This document shows, one piece after another, positions 37,373 to 50,030 of a stretch of DNA of 64,000 nt. Source of the stretch: Obrimoposthia wandeli. Its lineage: Eukaryota. The stretch lies in the NCBI GenBank assembly GCA_977020255.1, contig CDROCS010002946.1, positions 186,001 through 250,000 on the forward strand, read 5' to 3'. The stretch's first letter is position 1, and every line of letters starts with the position of its first letter. The notes under the pieces are model-generated. The model did not search any database. It was not told the DNA's origin and worked only from the letters and a program-made list of their open reading frames with translations. The position numbers and the translations under genes are program-made.

Positions 37373-40300
37373 TAATATTAAGAATCAGTCTGACGTTTCT
37401 CACTCTACTAGATACCTGGTAATTTTCTTAATAACAATAGCCCCTTAGTATGGCTATATATGTCTTTCGGAACAAAGGTCAAGTTAAGGTCATGTGAGGC
37501 CAACTTAAGATCATAACCTCATGGGGTCATGCCCCCTAAGGTTAAATTAAGGTCATGACCTCATAAGGTTACAACCAAGGTTACCATGAGGTTTTCATGA
37601 GGACAAGGACAGTCTTTACCAAAGGATACCTAAGAGTTCGATTAGGGTTGACCAGACCTTCGAGGGTCAATAACCTTCAAAAAAATTTCCATAAAGTTTT
37701 TTTTTTAATTGTATTTTTTGTTTAATATTCAAAATTTTAAAAAGTAATAAAAAGTTTACAAAATTATTTTTACATTTAATTTTACTAAATTTAATTAAAC
37801 TATATACTCATAAAAATAAGTATTATATAATTTCCTAAATTTATTTAAAGATTTTTATAGTACGTGTGTAACAAAATAACTACATTCATCTGTATTCATC
37901 ATAAAGACATTTTGTTTAAATACATCAATTTCATAATTAGATTATTCAAACAAAACTCATTTAATTCAAATAACGTATAATATAAATATCATTAGTTGAA
38001 TGTATCTAGGTTATTATATATCATATGTATTTTATTTAATTCGAAACTTTATTATATTATCCATTGTTAATTAAAATAATTTTTTTTTTACTGCATCAGT
38101 AAAATTAATTAATCCGGGAAGAATAATATGTTACTACATAAGAGAAATATTTTAGTTTCAATTCATTATTTTGAAAATGGAAGCACTACGTGAAACTTTA
38201 TTGAACCAACTTATGGAGAGCGAGTACACACTAGCCGAAAAGTGCTATCTCAGAAACACTATAAATTATTTCAACTCCAAGTATTCGTAAGAATAATTTT
38301 AAATAAAATTATCTACTTTAAATTTAGAAGTAGAATTTAAAACACTAAGTTTAAATTTTGATAAGATGTATTCAAATAGTTAATCAGGAGGAAACGTAGA
38401 GAGATTGCCGTGATTAAGTGAGACAGGTGATGCGATTCAGTGGGTTTGTGGAAACGTGGAAACACAGGGGAAACCGTCCCGCCTTGAACACAGCCTAGAT
38501 ATAGAGTGGTTTGACAATTGGGCAGGCCAAGATCGCGTGGGCTAGCAGTTGACAGACTGATCCAAAACATGCTGCAACCTGGACGACTCCTTCCAAAAAA
38601 TATTATTTTTATTTCATCTTGTCTAACTGTCTCATTTAGTATTTCGAGGTAAACATTTACTGCGAAGTAAAAGATAAGACCTCTTCGGCCGCCTGATGAG
38701 TTCGTATGGACGAAACGGCCCAATGTGCTGGTTGTAGCGGTCTCTTGGAACTTGCCGTTCAATCATTGGAATTTTAATTTAATTTAAATTTTAATTAAGC
38801 TATTAATTTTAATTGGATTTTTTAAACTTTAATAACATTTCAAAATACTTTTTATTATAAAGCAAAAAAGGTTATTTTACTAAATTTCAATTATTTATTT
38901 GATCCTCTCGAGCTCGATGTAACGAGTACGCACATATCTTTCTCAACACCCACTCCAATTAGAAAGGTAATCAGACTGGACACACATGTTTAGACGGTTT
39001 TAGAAGTTAGATATCTTTTTCTTACCGATCCTTTTGTGGGAAATGCTAAACCTTTGTTTAAACAGTCACTTCCAGTCCTTAAAGTCAATGCGACCTTATA
39101 ATTACACATACGATTTTGGGACCACTATATGCAAGAGTAAATGACAAAATAGAAATAGAAATATTTAGGTTTTCTCCCAATATTATTTTTAACTGATATT
39201 CCTAGGTAAAGCTATTCAACTTTACAATTTAGTTAACTAATTTAATATTTTACAATTGAACACTGTTGTCAAGATAGTAACAAATCTTCTCAAATAATGT
39301 ATCGTTCAGAAAATGTCTCGTGAGACAATTCGCTTTTAAACGGCCGTTATGGAAATATATTTTAATGAAATTTGAATCGCACCTACTCGGAGATATATTC
39401 ACTTTTTTAAAATTTTAATTTTCTACAACTTAAAAATCCATTTTATTAAGTTTCAAAATCTTCTGGAAAATTTAACTTTTAGCTTGTATTAAGCATTTTT
39501 ATTACGCTCGTTCTGTCTGAAAAAAAATAGCTGAAGTTAAATATTTATATAGTATGTATGTGGGAAAGTTATTCAAGTCGTAGGAAAAATAGTTAATACA
39601 TAGCTGGAACTCGAGTACTGATTTTGAGAAAAATATAAATAATTTATATCTGTAAGGTCACCAACTTATTATAATAATGCGCTAAATAAAAGTAGATTTA
39701 AAATATTTCACTTATAAAAGTATTTAGAGATTTCTGACATTTCTCCTCTGTATACCATTCACAAGAATCAACGATAATAAACATAATTTTTTTCTCTTAC
39801 AAATTGAAATGTTTTTTCAATAAAATCCTGTACAATTGAATTTAAAACAAAGACTCAGAAGGTATTGTGGTATCATATGATTTTATATAAAATATTCTTG
39901 ACCTTTTCATGATAACAATTTTCAATTTTTTAGCTTTCCAAAGTTTTGAATTGATAAGTCCTGAACATCAATTCGACTATGGAGAAGGAGAAAAATCTGT
40001 TAGTTCATTTTTGGTTATATTTTTTAAATTTTCTATTTACTAAGCTTATAAAATGTAATTTTTATTTAGAAGATAGTATAGTTTAATATTTATCTGCACT
40101 ACTTACAATTGTAAGTAAACCAATTCTAAAATAACTATTTTTTATTATATTCAAGACTTTATTTCTTTATCAGATAAATATAATGAAAATAATTGGTAAT
40201 TCTTCAATAAAATTATCTACCGTTCTATTTACTTTTGAAAGTTAATAAAAATACTATCGATTGTGAATAGTGGAAAATAATTTTGGTAATTTAGAAAAAT

Positions 40301-40893
40301 CTTACGTTGATTATTTTTAAATATAATTTTACTGGTCTAATGAAATTGTACATAAAATTTGATTTTTCACCAACAAAAAGTTGCTTATTGAGTTCAGAAA
40401 TCAGGATTTTGATATTTTATGATTATATAAAAGTTTATTACGAATATTCAAACTTATGATTAGGTTACCATTTAAATTTTTTAAAGTATTATTATTGAGG
40501 ACATCAACAAAAAATCGGACTGTTTTATATATTATAATTTGGGAAACGATGTTTAAGTAAAAGTTACTATATTAAACAAAATCCACTATTATATGGTTTT
40601 AAGTCCTTTATCCTCACTATAGTTCCTTTTTATGTCTTTAGGGTTCTTTTAAAGTTCCGTGATATTTCAAGATGTTTTTTCCTATTTTGCTTTTTTTGTT
40701 TGATTCAACTTGCATAAATTCATCTTCAAAGTTAAAAAATTATGCTAGAATTGGCCTTTTAAACTTTTTTATAGTACGAGTGTGGTATATTTTTACATAA
40801 ATTCGTTGCAAAATATGTTAAATACAAAATAAAGAATTTTAAATAATCGATCTTAGTTATACGAATTATCTTTAACCTACCACATGACTGCAG

Positions 40894-43750
40894 ATTTGAA
40901 CAACTTATTCATTCCATCAATGAGTTGGACGTAGAAGGAGTGGCAAGATGTTACAGACCGGAATTGATAGAAAAAACGGATTATGTAATTTTTTACTGAC
41001 TATTTTTACGATAATTTACCAAGTTTGGGTTGTCTCCATTACATTGGGCTGTGAGGAAGAACTTCATCGAGGGACTACGCATTTTCTTAAGGGGAAATCC
41101 AAACTTGAACATCGTTAGCAACGTAAGTCATCTTTAATAATGCATCGATTATGACGTTTACATCCACTTAGACCGGTTACACTCCTCTCCACTTGGCTGT
41201 AGAATTTTCCAAATTTGAAAGTGTAAAGTTTCTCGTTGAGAATAGAGCGAATGTGAATGCGGTTGATCAGGTGACTTGGATTTATTACTTTAAAATTATT
41301 GTGTATAATTTTTATGATGGATGTTACCACATTTTTGTGCTTAATTTTGACAGGAAATGTTATGATCTAAATCGGGCATGATTTCAATTGTTGAAGTTTT
41401 GACCTCGTTTTTCCTATTTTAGTACGGGAAAACTGCATTGCTTATCGCATTGCAAAAGAACTGCTTCCGGATCGTTAAGTTCCTGTTGCAAAATGGAGCC
41501 AACATAGATAATGTAAGTTTAGTGCTGTCTGAACCAGCTAGTCAACTTATAAAAACAATCACCCATTCTCGCTCAGATTGGAAGAACTGCCATCCATGTC
41601 GCTGTGGCGTGGGGGAAACTGGAGTACCTTAAGTGCTTGATTGACCATGGAGCGCGGTTTGAAGGGGTTGGCAATAAGGTAATTCGCAAACTGCACTGTA
41701 TCATATTCTCCCTCGACCATTCTGCAGCATTTTCATGGGGTGATCAAGGGACTGCGCAGCGACAACTGCCTATATATGATAAAGCGAATATTTAGAAGTA
41801 TGGGAGATGTAACATCCTCAACTTTTACTGTAAATTTAAATGGATTTCTTCGGTGAAGTTGCTCGATCTAATACGACTAGTGCGCCGTTTTTGTTAAGAT
41901 GAACTGGCGATGTGAGGATCTGTTTTGCCGATTCTGCGTCAACTTATGTTGTCATCCATACAACACTGCGGCGTTTGGTAGAAGAGAGGTCACATCGCCA
42001 GTTTGTATCGCCGTGTGTTCGACCCCACCGCTGGGATTTAACCTAGGCTTTCTAAAACTTTTTCGATCGTAACTTAACTTGATAAACATTTGAAGAAATT
42101 TATTTTACATTCCCCAATTATAATAATAGCTTTTTAACAGTGCTTAAATAAAGTTAGTATAAAAGGATGGGATATACAAATATGGGATCAAAGATACTTA
42201 ACTGAGGCTCAAACGGTGAATAAAAAATCATTTTACTGATATTGTTTGATCACCGAATTCAGGATGGTTTAACAGCGCTCCATCTGGCTACAGCAATTGA
42301 CAACATCGAAATAATGCAAGTCTTGAAGGGGCATGGAGTAGATTTTGAAGCAAAAGACAATGTAAGTGGTTTCTAGCAGATATTTCTACACTTAAAATTT
42401 GACATTTATTTTTAATTATATTACTTTTTTCAGAAAGAAAGAACTGCTTTACATTTGGCCGCTGAAAACGGGACTATTGATTCGTTGGCATTTCTCATTG
42501 ACAGTGGCGTGGATGTAAACTCCCTTGACAATGTATATTAACGATCAGATTTGCTATATTTAACCAATTCAGTATGAGAAAACTCCTCTACATGTAGCAA
42601 CTCAGTATTCTAATTCCAGCATCGTAGAGCGTCTTTTAGAGAGTGGAGTGAATGTGAAATTAATAGACATAGTAAGATTGTGATTGTTTGGGCCAATAAT
42701 CGATGTAGTCAGGAAAAACTGCTCTCCATTATGCAGCAATGCAAAGTTTTCTACCGATCATTCAGTGCTTGCTTGATCACGGTGCTGATGTCCATGCTCC
42801 AGACCATGTACGGATTTAGCCTAAATAATTCCCATTTATTGACTCCCTTAGGGTGGACGGACTCCAATTCACTACGCCATCATGTATAACAGTGACGTGG
42901 TGATTTTAAAGTATTTTATAGAGAAAGGAGCTGATGTTTTTGCGGTCGATACGGTAAGTTTCTGTAATCAAGGTAATCCTTAGCTGATGCCCATTCAGTG
43001 TGGCCAGACCGGACTACATTTAGCATCATACAATGGCTTTGTGGAAAATATTGTGAATATCGAGTTTCTCCTGGGATTAGGAATCGATGTAAATGTTCTT
43101 AACAAGGTTGGTATCTCCGTTGGAATGTGTTTAACGGTCTGTTCAGGATTTGGAGACTCCACTGCACTATGCCGCAATTTGGGATACAGTGCCCTGTGCA
43201 GAGTATCTGCTAGAAGCCGGCGCAAACGTCAACGCCAAAGATAATGTAAGATTGCTCTTTTGGAGTGTTTTATTCAATTTTCAAGAAAGGAAACACACCG
43301 CTGTGCATTGCATGTGGCTACAACAAATCAAACGTGATTCCGTATCTGTTAGATTATGGAGCCGATATCAATATATCCACAAAAGTTGGTTTACTAGTTA
43401 AAGATGTTTTTTTATGAAAATCTAGACGAGAATGAGGGCCACAGAACTATCGACCATGAAAAATAAACGCTATGAATTTGAATTGAAGGTCAGAACGGAG
43501 AAGAATGTAAGTTTGAATCATTTTCTGGCCAACCTATGTAATGTTGATGGGAGAAAAAAAGTTAGACTTAATTATTTCCCATTTACAGGCCATTTGCGAA
43601 GTGTGTGAAGATCAACCAATCAACCGTGCTCTCGTACCCTGTACCCACACGATGTGTTTGCAATGCTCATGGAAAATGAAAATTTGTCCATTCTGTGGGG
43701 AACAAATCGAACATCGACAGAGCTTTTCTTTGCAAAATAGAATTAGTTGA
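40894..43750 (+). CDS. Ankyrin-repeat (~12) plus C-terminal C3HC4 RING-finger protein, putative E3 ligase; start exon unresolved
   Basis: Exons 40894-40984, 41024-41122, 41172-41270, 41423-41512, 41577-41678, 42263-42361, 42434-42532, 42573-42671, 42709-42807, 42852-42953, 42999-43106, 43147-43245, 43286-43384, 43426-43506, 43589-43750. All GT-AG, phase 0. Repeats such as GYTPLHLAVEF and ETPLHYAAIW. RING CEVCEDQPINRALVPCTHTMCLQCSWKMKICPFC. Confidence 0.9.
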
Positions 43751-44687
43751 ACATTTTGTATCTTGTACTGTCTTTTTAATTTAATAATCTATGTTAAGTC
43801 TGTATAATATTTCAAATTATATTTAACACCAAATCTGCCGTTCTCTTTTAAGTAAAGCGCACTGTGGGGAAATGCCGGTAGTTATGCAATCATACAGGTA
43901 CAAACATTCAATTAATTAGTTTATTGTGAGATTATAATTATTTACCTAAGTAGGTGGATGTGTCCGGTCTAATCCACACCCACCCTCCCCCTGTTCTTTA
44001 AAACTGTGTATGTGTGTGGAGTGAAATTTCGTGCATGTGTGTAGAGTGACATTTTCTAGCCCCCCAACCAAAAAAAACTTATTAACCCCATATAAACCCC
44101 TTTAAAATTGAAAATCTCATAATGCTCCCAAAAAAGTGAGGAAGGTCCTGAGAGGCCGTCTAGTGGGCCAAAGCGTGCCCTCCGGGCCCGCGGTGGTTTG
44201 ACGAGCAATACATATACAGGGTCGCGAATTTTTTTTATTAAACTTTCATTTGATAAATAAAAATAGATCATTTAAAGGGTTAAAAATGTCTTAAATTTAT
44301 ATATATAGGTTCAAATTTATTATCCTCTTCATAATTAAAAAATGGAATTCATTAAATTGCAAAGTTTGGTAACGAAGATAGAAGTAAACATAAGAATAAA
44401 TGAGAAGAAAGGGGACTTAAGAAAGAGGGTCCTCAATCAAAATTTGTATGCTGCTGTCGCGACCGAGTGGAACCGCCGGGTGGAGATACAAGATAGAAGG
44501 CTAGCAGACGATCTCGGATCGTGGAGTGGCATAAGAAGATCGAATTGGAATAAAGAAGAGAAGAGATGGAGGATGTTCGGCAAGCAGCAAGAAAGAGAAT
44601 CCTCCTGATTAAACCGGAAGATGGTCCTTCTACAAAAAATATTTAGAATGTAGGATTGTTAGTTTAAATAATCAATTATTACCAGCA

Positions 44688-45071
44688 ATGTTTAGGGACA
44701 ACTTACTAGAAACCCATAAATATCCCGCTAACCATCCTCTACACTCTATGAGATTAAGGATAAAAGCGAGGGACAGGTTTCGTATGATGATTATATTTTC
44801 CTACGCCCTAAATGCTACAGTTTACAATGCATCTAATAATACATGTTCAATGAGAGCAAATGGTATGGGAAGAAACAATCTTACACATGAGGCCTACCAG
44901 AATGTTTATGATACTGGGTGTATCGAAAGCGTTGAGTAAACTAGATTTATTTCAAGAGCCCATCAACTGTATTCCCATAAATCAACAAAAATCGCTTTGA
45001 GTAGTAATGACGACAAGCGATTTTCGGTAGAAAAGAACGCTAGCCTGGCTTATGGACACTTCCGAATTTAA
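44688..45071 (+). pseudogene. Protein-primed family B DNA polymerase, C-terminal fragment
   Basis: KYPANHPLHS...; after one stop, HQLYSHKSTKIALSSNDDKRFSVEKNASLAYGHFRI*, which matches the Polinton pPolB terminal motif KxALSxxDDKR...LAYGHY. Confidence 0.8.
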
Positions 45072-45335
45072 ACGGTTTTCATTTTTTGATTTTTTTAGTT
45101 TAGTTTTTTAAAATTTTAGGTCCCTATGGCACCTTGAATCTAACTTTTTGTTATTTCAATACATTTTTTTAGGATGGACCTTATCTTTGCTGACAGATCT
45201 CATTGTGATGTTGTTTTTTATAAATGTATTAAAAAAAATTTCGTCTTATGTCTTTTATTATTTTACACTTATATTTTTAGAGATTTAAAAAATAATTCAA
45301 AATAAAACATTAAAAATATTTATTTTTATAACACA

Positions 45336-45635
45336 CTAATCGTTTTGCAACGATAACCATAAAATACATAAATGTCCACAGTTTCTCGTCGCAGGATCCT
45401 GATATTGTATCTTGTTGTAAAATACTCTTCTTCGTACTTTTTGAATAGTTGAAACAAGTTTGTGTGGATAATACATTGCAGGTGGATCAAATACATGTAT
45501 TGTCCACTCTCTAACATAAATAGCTATCCAATGTTCTCCTGGTAAATTCGAAGTATGAGTATTGATAATGTAACCTCCAGATTGAAAAAATGGAATCATA
45601 TCAATAGGATAAACTCCATTGAATTTATCACCCAA
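45336..45635 (-). CDS. Adenain-type (peptidase C5) maturation protease of a Polinton
   Basis: FNGVYPID, IINTHTSNLPGEHWIA, FDP, YNKIQYQ, NCGHLC carry the His/Asp/Gln/Cys catalytic set. No ATG start seen. Confidence 0.82.
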   Translation of the reverse strand: MGDKFNGVYPIDMIPFFQSGGYIINTHTSNLPGEHWIAIYVREWTIHVFDPPAMYYPHKLVSTIQKVRRRVFYNKIQYQDPATRNCGHLCILWLSLQND

Positions 45636-45717
45636 GACCTTCTCTGCTGATTCTTGTACTTGTACTGAACTAAATAAAAATTAATAAATATAAATTTAAA
45701 AAATGTCTTACTTCATT

Positions 45718-45955
45718 CTATAATATGACAGTTCTGTTTTTATTGATTTGTATTTCTGAATCAAACACTCCGTAAATAAGCACCGTAGTAGGATGTGTTA
45801 AAGCTGCATTGAACTTAATTTCTAGTCGTAAATTTCCATCATTTGGTAGTTGGCATTAATTTATATCAAAGTCTAGTGCCAAAACAAATGTGAAGAAGGG
45901 GCAGCTGCTTTTAAACTCAGTGAAAGAAATACCATTGTTTATATTTATGTGGTTC
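45718..45955 (-). pseudogene. Polinton double-jelly-roll major capsid protein, C-terminal fragment
   Basis: NGISFTEFKSSCPFFTFVL...GNLRLEIKFNAALTHPTTVLIYGVFDSEIQINKNRTVIL* with one internal stop. Confidence 0.72.
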
Positions 45956-46025
45956 TAGAGGAGAAACTAATGATATATTCAGGAAATTAACGATATTTAG
46001 GTGGTTAGAGAATGTTTTTGAAAAA

Positions 46026-48779
46026 CAAGTCAAATATCTGCTATATCAAACATGTTAATTATCCGTGAATGAATATAGCTCTATAAAACCTTTTAAAATA
46101 TATCTAATGAATTTATGTCAAACAAGTCCTCGTTAAATTTATGCCAAATAAACTAATAAATCAATGAAAATATTACATAAATTCATTAAAAACTCTAAAT
46201 ATTTATCAAAGCAATGTTAATTAATCAAATTTTATCAATAAATCATATTAAAAATATCATATAAAGTCATTCAAATACATCAAATCTCTGGAAAACTCAA
46301 GTAAAATTCCTACGTTGCAGTTATTTAAAAATATTCTACGTTGTAGTTGTTTAATCAATATGATTAACTTTTAGTTGTGAACATTTTTGTTGTAAACAGT
46401 TTCCTTATAATGTTTGATGAATAATTGTGTAGAAAGAATATATTGAAAAAGAATGAATCAATAAAAAAATACTGTTAATTCATACATTATCATAGAAACA
46501 TATTGATTTTGAAACATCAAATTTCCAAATACTGTAATTTCATACATTATCATAGATACATATTGAAACACCGAAATTATCAATATTATTATCAACATTC
46601 AGTCTCATCAACCACCATAATATCACTAATCATTTTATTATGATATTTCTAATATTCTATAGACGTTTGGAGTAATGTATGTTAGATGTTTTAAAATGTA
46701 TTATTGTTTTGGAAGTTGATTATTTTCTCTTATACGTTAATAACAGGTTATATATATACCCTCACAAAATCAGTAACAATAATACACATGATCATAACAC
46801 ATACATTTTCGATAGAAGCTTGAAACAATAATGTACGTTCAATGTTACTAACAAAAATGGCTTTATTATCTAAAAATATCACGAATAGGTTTTATACTTC
46901 ACATATTACTTTGGTAGAGTTAAATTTAAAAGAACATTAAAATAACAAATATTAAATTACTATCCTCTAAAAACTTTTAAGCAAATAAATAACAATTGCA
47001 TAAGTTATGAATAAAGTTTATACCAAAATACATTAAAATGTTATGTAGTGACCCACAATTAAGAATAATAGTTTTAAAATATTAATTAATTTTGCGGTAA
47101 ATTCACCTTTTTACGAATAACTGGTGTTGATAACCTCTAGAGATTTTATTTTCAAAGATAACAATGTATGCAAGGGTTAGCAATAATAAAAGCAAGATAG
47201 TAAGATACAAGTTTCATGTGCTGGATCAAAATACATCAAGGAATCTGAGTGAGAATCTTTCATCGAAAGTATGGAAACTGGTTCCTTAAATTTAAAAAAT
47301 CATCGACCAATTCTTATCACAGTTTCAAATCATTGATTAGATCGCGAGCCAAGGATATCATATATACTTCGATGAAAGCTTGAAATGATGAAGAAACATG
47401 TTTTAATTCTTACATACTATTTATAAAATCTATTTTTAGTAACATTTTGCAACAAGTTATGTGTTCTATTTTTAGTAACATTAAAACATCTATGGTTAAT
47501 TTGAGGTCCAGTAATGATCTGTAACGTATATTCTTAGACCACATTGCAACTTTTGGCAGCAATTCATGTGTTCTATTTTTAGTAACATTACGACATCTAT
47601 TGGTTAATTTAAGTCTCAGTTAAGAGATATTTCATTAAACATGCAAGCAATTACTGATTTATATTAATGTGCCCGTATGGATATGCATTTCAAGCCTATT
47701 ACAATTTCGGTATCGATGAAAATATTTGATTACTTAATTTCTAATATTATTAAAGCAGAGAATAAAATACTTACAAAATCAATTGTATCAGCTGGAAGAA
47801 CCCATTATCAAAGGAAATTATGCCATTTTCAGAAATATCAAAACTAGATGTTTACCCAAATGGAATATCAAGATTACACCCAGTGGATTGGTGACTCCTG
47901 TTTGGAAGGAATTAATAAATGTTATCTTTATTTTCTTCTTTATTAATAAGAAGCCTGACAGTTATGAATAAATTGATAGAAATATTTAATCAGATGATAA
48001 AACGATATATGATAGTAACGAATGGCTTCTAGAAGAGATGTAGATTAAATACTTACAAAGCACTGATTTGAAAATAAGTATAATTTTTTCTATATATCGA
48101 TTTGTAATGTTAGATTTGCAATAGTATGTGCTTTGTATTTGAGGGTTTCATTATAAAATATATATTATTCATATATACAGATTTCACACGAGATATAAAC
48201 AAAATCAATAACATATATTCATGGATACAACCAATCCTCGACCAATCAGGTGAGGTTATATAAACTATTCAGACATTATTTCACAGTGTTGACAAAATCG
48301 AGATACCAGAGGATCAATTCAAACACATTAAAGAAACACTCTAAGGAATCAACATTTAGTTTGTTATATATGATGCCATCAAATTGAAAAAAAATCAAGA
48401 TCCTTATCATAGGATGGGTTATTTATTTACTCAAGAATCCTATCACTTCTCCAATCAATGTAAAGAAAGTTCGATTATAGATATTTTAAATATTTAATCT
48501 ATGTGTTTTTTATAGAAAATTTATGTATTTGAATGACTTGATATGATATTTTGTATATTTTAATATGATACAATTTGATTAATTAACATTGATTTGATAA
48601 AGATTTAGAGTGTTTGAATGAATTTATATAATATTTTCATTGATTTATTTCACAGATTTAACAGATTTAACGAGGACTGGATTGACATTAATTCGGTAGA
48701 TATATTTTAAAAGATTTTAAATAACTATAAAACTATTCACGGATAATTAACATGTTTGATATAGCAGATATTTGACTTG
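46026..48779. mobile_element. Element bounded by ~260-bp imperfect inverted repeats (foldback/MITE-like)
   Basis: 46026-~46290 is the reverse complement of ~48510-48779 (CAAGTCAAATATCTGCTATATCAAACATGTTAATTATCCGTGAAT...). AT-rich interior with no recognised ORF. Confidence 0.65.
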
Positions 48780-49799
48780 GTTTTATCAGAGTTAGTAATT
48801 CTTACTTATCGGGGATATAATGTATTTGTGTTTATCAGATATTTATTGTATTTTACTTGGGGTTTAGCAGATTTACATATATTTATTGATTAACTTAATG
48901 TAATTGGTATTTGAGTTATTTGATGTATGGGGTTTATAAATATTTAATGTATTTGAATTTGATTAATTATTATGGATTTATTAGAGAATATTTGATGTGG
49001 TTTGTGATTCATTTACATGAATGAAGCTATGTATTTCAATATAGTTACAAGTTCTCATTGAGCAGGGTTTACAGGGTTTAATAAATATTTTCATAGCATT
49101 TTCATTGATTTTACTGATTAATTTCATAAGTGATTTTAATTTGTATTTGTATATGAGATTACCAGTTATGTAATTATATACATGCGAATAATTAGTACTA
49201 TAATTTATTCTCATACACACATATACTGATATATCAAATTATGTCCAAATATAGACATGTACACTAACTCTTCTTGTTATTTTCAACAAACGAAATTATC
49301 CTCTTCTTAACTATTTTCCTCTTCTTAAACCTCTTAACCAGCACGAGATTATCCTCTAAACGCCAAAATATCGTAAATTTCCTGAACATATCATTAATTT
49401 CTATAATTATTATATATTTCTTGAATATATCATTAGTTTCTAGAATTATCATCGATTTACTGATCATTTATCTTCTAGAAGCATTCTATTACCTCTAGCA
49501 AACAAAACGTTAATGAGTTAATTTAGAAGTCTTCTTTTCTAAGGGAAGTTTGTAATTCACTCGGAATACTACTTCAATGAATTATTTCTGCTAGTGAGGT
49601 TGAGACAAATATTGTCAATCATAGTTAGTAAATACCTCCAACTTGAATCTTGGGATCAGTCTTTTAGCTAACGCGCTTGAAAACCTCTGTAAAATAATAT
49701 CTTACCTTATAGAAGTGTTCAAAATTCTAAAGCTTATTTGGTCTCCTACACTTGTCTAGAATAAATAAATAATGAGCATATATTCTTCCACAAATAAAA

Positions 49800-50030
49800 T
49801 AAATTGTAAGATATTGTTTCTTCCACAAATAATATAAATTGTAAGATATTGTTTCTAAATAAATTGTAAGATATTGTTTCTTCCACAAATAATATAAATT
49901 GTAAGATATTGTTTCTAAATAAATTGTAAGATATTGTTTCTAAATAAATTGTAAGATATTGTTTCTAAATAAATTGTAAGATATTGTTTCTTTCACAAAT
50001 AATATAAATTGTACAATATTTTAATTTTAA
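49800..50030. repeat. Short tandem array of AAATTGTAAGATATTGTTTCT with two linker types
   Basis: About 7 copies of the 21-bp core. Confidence 0.88.

Larger units (their letters stand above)
44340..45960. mobile_element. Polinton/Maverick (adintovirus-like) remnant
   Basis: PolB C-terminus (+) converges on protease and major capsid C-terminus (-); three hallmark genes within 1.3 kb. Confidence 0.82.

Noticed and set aside
38337-38762. Caskin first exon or a transposase fragment
   Set aside because: No phase-2 donor after a Gly codon, no recognisable domain, and all frames are ambiguous.
41960-42030. tRNA gene
   Set aside because: Only a T-arm/3' half resembles tRNA; no convincing D-arm, anticodon arm or acceptor stem.
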